From assembly GCA_027001995.1 (NCBI GenBank), contig JALTLO010000076.1, positions 9,846 through 22,523 of the forward strand: DNA of 12,678 nucleotides, in the 5' to 3' direction. The notes under the pieces were generated by a model, which saw only the letters and a program-made list of their open reading frames with translations, ran no database searches and was not told the origin of the DNA. Shown here piece after piece: positions 1 through 7,282 of this stretch; position 1 is the stretch's first letter, and every line of letters begins with the position of its first letter. A program made the position numbers and the translations under genes. This DNA is from Planctomycetota bacterium (GTDB taxonomy: Bacteria; Planctomycetota; GCA-002687715; DRQF01).

Positions 1-233
1 CAGCAGTGGAAATCGTAGCCAACAAGGAATCACGGCAATCATTTCCAGCCAGTTGCCGAGTCGGCATGAAAGTTTGCATCCATGCCCAAAAAAACGGCGT
101 TTTCCTGAGGCCATTGGGTGATGTCATTGTCCTTATGCCATCCTTGAATTTTTCCGTAGAGAACCTAAGTCGTCTGGTCAAAGCCATCGGCGATGGTCTC
201 GACACCCTCCTCACTGATACCTCAAAGAACTAG
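1..233 (+). CDS. bioA: Adenosylmethionine-8-amino-7-oxononanoate aminotransferase, C-terminal part (5'-truncated by window edge)
   Basis: Frame open from the window edge: AVEIVANKESRQSF...AQKNGVFLRPLGDVIVLMPSL. G(V/L)xLRPLGDVIxLMP is the typical C-terminus of BioA-type class III aminotransferases. Stop TAG at 231-233, 7 nt before bioD. The ORF-track GTG at 6 is an internal codon. Confidence 0.88.
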   Translation, partial: AVEIVANKESRQSFPASCRVGMKVCIHAQKNGVFLRPLGDVIVLMPSLNFSVENLSRLVKAIGDGLDTLLTDTSKN

Positions 234-240
234 ACGAACC

Positions 241-915
241 ATGGCGCCACAGATCATCATCATTTCGGGCACAGGGACAGATGTCGGGAAAACCTTCGTC
301 AGTTGCCAAATACTGCGATATGCTAAGAATCAGGGCATTGATGTCCGTGCCGTCAAACCCATCGAAAGTGGCACGAATCTCGGCCACGAAGAAGACGGGG
401 TTTTATTGGCCGCTGCCTGCGATCAATTGCACCCCCCCCGCGCCCTCACACGACTCGCAGCGCCCTTGGCTCCTCCCGTAGCAGCCGACTTAGAGAACAT
501 CCAACTCGACCATCACAGTTGGGTGAACACCATCTCCCAGTTGTCTCAGTCCTGCGACCTTTTGGTGATTGAGACCGCAGGGGGTCTCCTGAGCCCGATG
601 ACTTGGGACTATGATGCACTTCAATTGGCGAAAGACACAAATGCCTCCTTAGTCATCGTAGCTGCCAACCGCTTGGGTTGTATTCATGACATCATAGCGA
701 CACTGGAAGTGTTGGAGTCCAAATCTATTCCAATCGTGGGGGTCGTACTCAATGAAGTCAAGAAAGATCAAAGCTCCTCCTCCAATAGCACCACCCTCAG
801 CCGTCTAAAACCCAACTTATCTATCTTCGAATTTCCTCATGCCAGCGACCAAGATGTTCGGGACGTAAGGCCCACCCTCAAGGGTTTAGTGAACGCCATG
901 AGAAATACCAAATGA
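241..915 (+). CDS. bioD: Dethiobiotin synthase
   Basis: MAPQIIIISGTGTDVGKT (BioD P-loop), VKPIESG, PLAPPVAA, LVIETAGGLLSP, LGCI. ATG 241 preferred over 193 because BioD starts just before the P-loop strand and 193 lies inside bioA. Confidence 0.95.
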   Translation: MAPQIIIISGTGTDVGKTFVSCQILRYAKNQGIDVRAVKPIESGTNLGHEEDGVLLAAACDQLHPPRALTRLAAPLAPPVAADLENIQLDHHSWVNTISQLSQSCDLLVIETAGGLLSPMTWDYDALQLAKDTNASLVIVAANRLGCIHDIIATLEVLESKSIPIVGVVLNEVKKDQSSSSNSTTLSRLKPNLSIFEFPHASDQDVRDVRPTLKGLVNAMRNTK

Positions 916-2042
916 GTCACTGGGAAACATGGGCCGACAAGACCCTCATGGATCTCCAAGCCAAAGATCTCTTGCGGCAGCCAAGAGTCACAGACGCTTT
1001 TGCATCGACAGTTTTGTTCTCAACCAATGACTATTTAGGTTTATCGACCCATAAAGATGTCATCCGGGCCGGAAGAAATGCCTGGTCCAACGAAGGTTCT
1101 GGCCCGAGAGCTTCAGCGCTGATTTCCGGGAGGAGCCCCGCCCACGACCGGCTCGAGTCCCAACTTGCCACCCTCAAGAAAACTGAGACAAGTCTCCTAT
1201 TCCCCAGCGGCTATGCCGCCAACTTAGGGCTCTTGAGTGCCTTAGCTGGCCCAGATTTGGCCATCTTCTCAGACGCAGGTAACCATGCAAGCATCATCGA
1301 CGGCTGCAATCTCGCCACAAGAAGGCAGACTGAAATCCGCGTGTTCGCCCACTGCAACATCGCTGATCTCAAAGAGCAATTGATCCGGTGTCGACGGCCC
1401 CGAAAGCTCATCGTCTCGGACTCGCTATTCAGCATGACAGGCAAGAAAGCCCACTTGCAATCGTTGGTCGAAGTCACAAGAGAGACCGGTGCCCAACTGC
1501 ATCTTGATGAAGCTCATGCCACTTTGATTTTTGGCACCCATGGAGGTGGCTTGGCTGAGGCCGCGGGCGTCAGTGGTGATATTCTCTTCCAATGCGGAAC
1601 ACTCAGCAAAGCATTTGGGCAATTGGGCGGGTTCGTGGCGACGAATAACAAGATGAAACAGTTGCTCTTCAATCGAGGGCGATCCCAAGTATTCTCCACA
1701 GCTCTTCCTGTCCCGACAGTGGTAGCAGCAACGCAAGCGATTCCCTTCGGCATGGAAGATTCCACCCCCAGACGACGACTGGCAAAGAATATCGAGACTC
1801 TCGCTCACTTACTCCATCAAGAAAACGACACACCGATCTTCCCTATCCCTATGCCCAGCCCTCGGCTTGCCACGGAAGCCTCTGCCAAGCTCCTCGATCT
1901 CGGTTTCGCCGTCCCCGCGATTCGTCCCCCCACGGTTGAAGATGGCGACTCCAAGCTTCGACTCAGCGTGACCGCCGCTCATACCCCTCAGGAACTCAAG
2001 AGTCTGGTGGCCGCATTGCGCACTATGGGGATCTGCGTATAA
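912..2042 (+). CDS. bioF: 8-amino-7-oxononanoate synthase (PLP-dependent)
   Basis: FSTNDYLGLS, FPSGYAANLG, SDAGNHASIIDG, DSLFSMTG, LDEAHA, GTLSKAFG (PLP lysine), AIRPPTV...LRLSVTAAH. ATGA overlap with the bioD stop at 912-915. Confidence 0.95.
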   Translation: MSHWETWADKTLMDLQAKDLLRQPRVTDAFASTVLFSTNDYLGLSTHKDVIRAGRNAWSNEGSGPRASALISGRSPAHDRLESQLATLKKTETSLLFPSGYAANLGLLSALAGPDLAIFSDAGNHASIIDGCNLATRRQTEIRVFAHCNIADLKEQLIRCRRPRKLIVSDSLFSMTGKKAHLQSLVEVTRETGAQLHLDEAHATLIFGTHGGGLAEAAGVSGDILFQCGTLSKAFGQLGGFVATNNKMKQLLFNRGRSQVFSTALPVPTVVAATQAIPFGMEDSTPRRRLAKNIETLAHLLHQENDTPIFPIPMPSPRLATEASAKLLDLGFAVPAIRPPTVEDGDSKLRLSVTAAHTPQELKSLVAALRTMGICV

Positions 2043-2043
2043 T
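2016..2043 (+). promoter_or_regulatory. Putative sigma70 promoter for the MBOAT/SGNH pair
   Basis: TTGCGC (2016-2021), 16-nt spacer, perfect TATAAT (2038-2043) overlapping the bioF TAA, 43 nt upstream of the MBOAT start. Confidence 0.45.
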
Positions 2044-2086
2044 GCAAACTCATTTAGAAGGTGTATTTGGGGCCATGCGAGACTAA

Positions 2087-3502
2087 GTGCTTTTCAATAG
2101 CTACACATTCTGGGTTTTCTTCGCCGTGGTGATGCTGCTCTATCGCTTCTTGAATCATCATTGGCAAAATCGCATGCTTCTCTGCGCCAGCTACTACTTC
2201 TACGGTTCATGGGATTGGCGCTTTTTATCCCTCATTCTCTTGGTCACTTTAGTCAACTATGCCGTGGCTTTAGGAGTTCAAAACTCGAACACGAAGCGCC
2301 GACGAAAAACCCTGATCGCTGTATCCATTGCGCTCAACTTGGCGCTCTTGGGAACATTCAAGTACTTCAACTTCTTCGCTGGTGAATTCGTCGATTTCAT
2401 GGGTCTGATCGGCATTTCCCTTGGAATGCCCTCCGTGCAAATCGTCTTGCCCGTGGGCATTTCCTTCTTCACGTTTCAAGCCATGAGTTACTCCATTGAC
2501 GTCTATCGTGGGGACGTCGAACCAACGAGAAACGTGAGAGATTTCTGTCTCTACGTCGCCTTCTTTCCTCAGTTGGTGGCTGGCCCTATCGAACGATCAA
2601 GCCACCTCCTTCCCCAAGTTCTCAACCCCAGAATCAAAAGGCCCAACGATTTTGCCGACGGATTGTACCTTGTGCTCATCGGCCTGTTCAAGAAGATCGT
2701 CATTGCTGACAACCTTGCCATCATCGTCAACCTGGTCTTCTCAGAGAATCCCGGAGAACTATCCGGGGCTGATTGCCTCGTGGGTATCTATGCCTTCGCC
2801 TTCCAGATCTACGGTGACTTCTCCGGATACTCCACCATCGCCCGAGGTCTTTCTAAATGGATGGGTTTCGATCTGATGGTGAACTTCAAGATGCCCTACT
2901 TGGCTCACTCGCCCAGCGATTTTTGGCGCCGCTGGCACATCAGTCTATCCACTTGGCTACGGGACTATCTCTACATCCCCCTGGGAGGCAACAGAGGGGG
3001 CCCATGGATGACTCGCCGCAATTTGATGCTCACCATGCTCTTGGGCGGGCTCTGGCATGGAGCAGGATGGACGTACCTGACCTGGGGATTCTTTCACGGA
3101 CTCATTCTGACCATCTATCACCAAAGGGGAGCGAAGGGCTCAAAGGCAAAAGAAGAAACTTCAGCAGGGAGACGATTTCTGTCCGTTGTTGTCATGTTTC
3201 ATTTGGTGTGTTTCGGTTGGCTATTCTTCCGGGCGGCTTCCATGGAACAAGCCGTACAAATGCTGAATCTCATGGTTACCGACTTTGCCCCAAGCCAGTT
3301 TACTGCCTTCTGCTTGACCGCCATTCTCTTTTATGCTGGCCCTTTGATGGTTTTCGAATGGTGGTTGGAGAGAGCCCACGACCCGATGAGACTGACAAAA
3401 GTCCCCTGGGGGTATCGCGCTGGAGTATACTGTTATCTTATTGTCATGATTATTATCTTTAGACCATTGGTGCCCAGTGAATTTATCTATTTCCAATTCT
3501 AA
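2087..3502 (+). CDS. MBOAT family O-acyltransferase, AlgI/PatA/DltB-like
   Basis: GTG start giving MLFNS. Motifs [60 protein letters not shown] and GLWHGA (catalytic His). Many hydrophobic segments; C-terminal FIYFQF. Confidence 0.96.
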   Translation: MLFNSYTFWVFFAVVMLLYRFLNHHWQNRMLLCASYYFYGSWDWRFLSLILLVTLVNYAVALGVQNSNTKRRRKTLIAVSIALNLALLGTFKYFNFFAGEFVDFMGLIGISLGMPSVQIVLPVGISFFTFQAMSYSIDVYRGDVEPTRNVRDFCLYVAFFPQLVAGPIERSSHLLPQVLNPRIKRPNDFADGLYLVLIGLFKKIVIADNLAIIVNLVFSENPGELSGADCLVGIYAFAFQIYGDFSGYSTIARGLSKWMGFDLMVNFKMPYLAHSPSDFWRRWHISLSTWLRDYLYIPLGGNRGGPWMTRRNLMLTMLLGGLWHGAGWTYLTWGFFHGLILTIYHQRGAKGSKAKEETSAGRRFLSVVVMFHLVCFGWLFFRAASMEQAVQMLNLMVTDFAPSQFTAFCLTAILFYAGPLMVFEWWLERAHDPMRLTKVPWGYRAGVYCYLIVMIIIFRPLVPSEFIYFQF

Positions 3503-4427
3503 GAACGAGTGGAAAGTGCTCTTGGCGGTGGCTTCCTTCCTCTGTCTGTTGGAGGTTGGTGCTAGATTCGCTGCCCCCTACTTAGATCGAGATCGGGGCC
3601 ACATTCATGACTTCCCAAGGATCGCAGAAGACCTCAGCCAGGGTGAGCATCCACAAATTCTCTTCCTGGGAAATTCTTTGACCCTCCATGGGTTGGACAA
3701 AGAAATTGTCAAAACAGAGTTGAATGATTTAGGAATTGGCCAGCCGACAATCGACTGGGCCGTCCCCGTGGGCACAGACGTCACCGACTGGATCTACATC
3801 TTCGAACAGTATTTCGAAGAAGAAAACGAAGTCCCCGACATCATCATTGTTGGTTTTGTGCGCCATCATGCTCGAGACCATAAACCCACAAAGAGGCTCC
3901 GCCGGTTGGGTCGTCATTTCTTGAGTTTCGCCGACATCGAGGAATGCTTCGAACACGATGTCCTCACCTTCGAAGATCGAGCGGAAGTCCTTCTCTCCAC
4001 TTTGTCGGCTGTCTATGGCGATCAACCGAACTATCGAGAAACCGTCTTGGGGGAGTTGCTTCCAGGGTTCTGGGGAGCAGAGAAACGCTTCAATCATAGT
4101 ATGGAACAACTCCAAGAAGCCAGCAACCAGGGCAAAAATGCACCTCAGCCCACCTTCACGCGCATCAGGCGTTTGGCCCAGAAATTCAAGGAATCAGACT
4201 GCCTAGGGATTTTCGTTGCCATGCCTCTTCCTGAACCCTGGGACACAGATCCGGAAGTTGAAGCAGCCGTGTTATCAGAAGGGATGGTCTATGTCGACGC
4301 CCGTAAACTCGAGAGCTTGACCGCAGAAGACTTCCCAGACGGATACCACATGGGTGAACGGGCCAAAGAACTCTATAGCCACTTCATCGCCAAAGAGATC
4401 GCCAACCAGATAAAAAAGAAAAACTGA
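3477..4427 (+). CDS. SGNH/GDSL-like extracytoplasmic acyltransferase (AlgJ/PatB/DltD-like partner of the MBOAT)
   Basis: N-terminal membrane anchor (VLLAVASFLCLLEVGARF), block I-like ILFLGNSLT (Ser nucleophile), C-terminal DGYH (DxxH). Overlaps the MBOAT 3' end by 26 nt. Exact start uncertain. Confidence 0.8.
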   Translation: MNLSISNSKNEWKVLLAVASFLCLLEVGARFAAPYLDRDRGHIHDFPRIAEDLSQGEHPQILFLGNSLTLHGLDKEIVKTELNDLGIGQPTIDWAVPVGTDVTDWIYIFEQYFEEENEVPDIIIVGFVRHHARDHKPTKRLRRLGRHFLSFADIEECFEHDVLTFEDRAEVLLSTLSAVYGDQPNYRETVLGELLPGFWGAEKRFNHSMEQLQEASNQGKNAPQPTFTRIRRLAQKFKESDCLGIFVAMPLPEPWDTDPEVEAAVLSEGMVYVDARKLESLTAEDFPDGYHMGERAKELYSHFIAKEIANQIKKKN

Positions 4428-4469
4428 CCATCACTCTCGGCAAGAGAGATCCAAAGCAAAGATCATCAC

Positions 4470-4928
4470 TTAGCTTTGCCCCGACATTTGATCCTCTTCA
4501 CAGCAAGCTTTGAGACCTTGCAACTCGAGCTCCAATGCCTTGCAACTCGAACGATTCATAGCCCAGCCGAGGAGAAAAAACACTATTTTCATAAATCCCT
4601 TAGGTGTGAGCAGGGAACTCTGGGTGACTCTTGTTTTAGTACCAATTTCTTGAAATAGAAAAATCACTTCCATATCGAAAGACCTGCCTCGCATAATACT
4701 CGCATGCAAGTGAGGAACTTCATGCTGGGTGACGACACCGGCGAACTCCATCTCAGAACTCCCCTCCGGAGCAGTCACAAATCGGAATGTCGTCCCAATC
4801 ATTCCTGGTTTCTCTTCGATCACTTCGTCTTCCACCACGATCTTGCTCCACTCAACTGTGCAAGTGGTAGCCATGCGAAAAACCTCTTCGATCGGGCAAT
4901 TTATCTCGATGGCTGCTTCGTTTCGCAT
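4470..4928 (-). CDS. SRPBCC (START/Bet v1-like, polyketide cyclase-like) family protein, 152 aa
   Basis: MRNEAAIEINCPIEEVF...EW...GTTF...GTKTRVTQ...ELQGLKACCE is the typical SRPBCC pattern. SD AGGAG 8 nt before ATG 4928 supports this start over the track's 4946. Confidence 0.85.
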   Translation of the reverse strand: MRNEAAIEINCPIEEVFRMATTCTVEWSKIVVEDEVIEEKPGMIGTTFRFVTAPEGSSEMEFAGVVTQHEVPHLHASIMRGRSFDMEVIFLFQEIGTKTRVTQSSLLTPKGFMKIVFFLLGWAMNRSSCKALELELQGLKACCEEDQMSGQS

Positions 4929-4990
4929 TTCGTCAACTCCTAACAAACGAGATGCCCATACTTACGAACTCACTCAGAGTGGAAGGCGGG

Positions 4991-6946
4991 TCAATAGGTG
5001 ATCGAAACGGGATTCGTACGTCCAATCGTTGTCCCGGCGACTCCTTGCTCGGAGACGATCACTGTGGGGTCCACAACAAACATTTGAAAACGATAAGTGA
5101 ATCCACTGAAGAAGCCACTTGGTGCTGTATAGACGGAAGACCAACTCGGCGTGCCATAGGGCGGAACTGGGCCATAGTTAACTGCACCGTAACTCCCACC
5201 TCCGTCCTCGATGACAAAAGTATTCTGCAGTGTGATGAGGTCAACGTAAAGGTCACCGATGGTAGTTTGATAAACCGGCTCAACATCTAAGGTTAAAGCG
5301 AGAAGAATAGGAACAACTGGCACCTGGGCATTTGATATATTGAAGAAATCGACAACCAAAGTGTCGGTGGCCGGACCTGGGGAATAATCGAGTTCAAGCT
5401 TGCGCGCGAACAAATCAAGGTCGATAGAAATGGCACCCAAGAGTGACACCTTCACGGAGACTGTTCCTTGCCCCGTCCCGGTGGAGGTCACAGGCATCGT
5501 CACTATCCCCTGAAAATCAGTGATGTTACCAATGTTGGCAAACGATGCACTGTTGTCGCTGCTGGAGAACGTAAGTTCTACATTGGGCACGGGAATCCCG
5601 TTCATGTCCGTCACACGCACTTTGATGTCACGACCAAACGTTTCTCCCGATGCACACACCTGATCGTTCCCATCAAGAAGAACCAAATTGTAAACCTGTC
5701 CACTTCCAGCAATGCGGCGAAGAGAAGGAGGAGTCGTCAAGAATCCTCGATTCAGAAAATAAATGGCCCCATCTGGTCCCAAATCGAAATGCATGGCACC
5801 GTGAAAGCCCGTGCCCCAAAAAATGGGATCGGGCTGCCCCGGAACTGGGGCAGGACTCACCCAACTTCCAGGTGTTGGTCCAGGGGCAAGCCTTTTCATT
5901 TTCCCTGCATAGAACGCATTGTGAAAGACATTGAACTCATAGGGGGGGCCAAAGTCCTTCGTTCCCCCGACGTTGCGGGTCACGCCAGCGCAAATGATTG
6001 TGTTTCCATCGACCCCATAGACACGTTCATCAATGGGAAAGACATGCCCCCCTGGATCAGGCCCTGCTCCCACGCAGACGGCACTGGAAAGAGTGCCTTG
6101 ATACCAAGGCCAACCATAGCTGTGTCCAACCATAGGCGCCCCCAAATTCCTTGGGATGTGATTGAGTTCATCCCGAGATTGCTCCCCGACATCGCCGATA
6201 AACAAATCCCCTGTGGGACCATCGATGCACATGCTGAACGGGTTGCGCATTCCAGAAGCGATAATCAGGCGTTTGTGAGCATTGCTATCATTAGCCCATG
6301 GATTGTCTGCAGGTACCAGAGCAGCTAAGGGTGGAGTAGGTCCAGACGCCGGCAGGCTACCAACATCCAATCGCATGATCGACCCCCCGAAAAGGTTCGC
6401 ATCTGCACCGATGGCACAGTCGCCGTCGTCGCCCGCACTCAAATAAAGCATCCCGTCAGGCCCAAATCTAACTGTACCACCATTGTGGAAAACCGAGTTA
6501 TCTGGAACGCTCTCCAAAACAATGTATTCACTGCTGGGGGAGAAACTGAGCGTCGTATCCGTGGGGTCATTGAGATTGCCAGTAAGCGTGAAACGTGAAA
6601 GCACCATGAAACCGGAGTTCGATTTGCTTGCCCACGTGTAGAGTTTGTCACCTTTAACAACAAGACTGAGGAGGCCACGAACATCATGATCATAGAGTAC
6701 ATTGGGAACAGTGCCGATGGTGAACACACCAGCAAGACTGGGCCTCTTCATCTTAATCTCACCCGTCCGCTCGGCAATCAAGAACCGTCCATCAGGCAAA
6801 ATTTCAAAATCATTGGGTGAGCCCAAGTTGGTAGAAACCACATTCTCAATACTAAACCCTGTTGGCACAATCTGAGCCGAGACTATCGAGTCCAAAGCGA
6901 ACACGACGGCAAACGAAAAAACCAAACGAACAAACGCCTTTATCAT
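4991..6946 (-). CDS. Secreted PQQ-dependent glucose/sorbosone dehydrogenase-family beta-propeller fused to a bacterial Ig-like domain and a C-terminal beta domain
   Basis: Signal peptide MIKAFVRLVFSFAVVFALDSIVSA|Q. GSDH motifs LPDGRFLIAERTG, RGLLS, HNGGTVRFGPDGMLYLSAGD, PADNPW, GMRNPF, LFIGDVG, YGWP, GPDGAIYF. Then DGNDQ...IKVRVTDMNGIPVPNVELTF (Big_1-like). SD GAGAGG upstream. Confidence 0.88.
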   Translation of the reverse strand: MIKAFVRLVFSFAVVFALDSIVSAQIVPTGFSIENVVSTNLGSPNDFEILPDGRFLIAERTGEIKMKRPSLAGVFTIGTVPNVLYDHDVRGLLSLVVKGDKLYTWASKSNSGFMVLSRFTLTGNLNDPTDTTLSFSPSSEYIVLESVPDNSVFHNGGTVRFGPDGMLYLSAGDDGDCAIGADANLFGGSIMRLDVGSLPASGPTPPLAALVPADNPWANDSNAHKRLIIASGMRNPFSMCIDGPTGDLFIGDVGEQSRDELNHIPRNLGAPMVGHSYGWPWYQGTLSSAVCVGAGPDPGGHVFPIDERVYGVDGNTIICAGVTRNVGGTKDFGPPYEFNVFHNAFYAGKMKRLAPGPTPGSWVSPAPVPGQPDPIFWGTGFHGAMHFDLGPDGAIYFLNRGFLTTPPSLRRIAGSGQVYNLVLLDGNDQVCASGETFGRDIKVRVTDMNGIPVPNVELTFSSSDNSASFANIGNITDFQGIVTMPVTSTGTGQGTVSVKVSLLGAISIDLDLFARKLELDYSPGPATDTLVVDFFNISNAQVPVVPILLALTLDVEPVYQTTIGDLYVDLITLQNTFVIEDGGGSYGAVNYGPVPPYGTPSWSSVYTAPSGFFSGFTYRFQMFVVDPTVIVSEQGVAGTTIGRTNPVSITY

Positions 6947-7282
6947 GGAAACCTCTCTTCATGAAAATTTGCCTGGGCAGACTTCAGCCTGCAATAGGTC
7001 ATTCAGCTCACCTTCGACCAAGAGCCCGTCCCCAGGGACACGCTCTGGATCAGTTCATGAGACTGCGGATAGCGCTATCGCCAACGCACATAAAATGTGC
7101 AACTCATGAGCGAAACGGTAAATTCCAAGACATCCACACGGCAGCCAAACGGAATCCTATAGGCTCCAGCCCAATTGAGCAAAGAAAATTTCAGCCAATG
7201 TGCGAGCCAAGAGTGGAAAGTTACGAGCGAAGGCGTATCTTGCTAGCTTGAGGCACAATTGCCGCACGGCGGCCGAATGAAG

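Noticed and set aside
432..439. C8 homopolymer in bioD (and an A8 run near 88-95 in bioA) as phase-variation tracts
   Set aside because: Short, in frame and in housekeeping genes; no frameshift is present.
912..2042. Serine palmitoyltransferase or other oxoamine synthase forming a lipid pathway with the MBOAT
   Set aside because: ATGA coupling to bioD within bioA-bioD-bioF, and the AIRPPTV motif, favour ordinary BioF.
2857..3462. 201-aa alternate-frame ORF inside the MBOAT gene
   Set aside because: Fully nested in a conserved gene, with no protein-like features.
4428..4469. Expected bidirectional terminator between the convergent SGNH and SRPBCC genes
   Set aside because: No GC-rich hairpin with a U-tract is visible.
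5468..6328. 286-aa plus-strand ORF, and other ORFs antisense to the dehydrogenase and G8 genes
   Set aside because: Shadow ORFs of well-supported genes with no recognisable motifs.
6862..7251. 129-aa plus-strand ORF spanning the dehydrogenase-G8 gap
   Set aside because: TTG start, antisense overlap with the dehydrogenase 5' end, no SD and no motifs.
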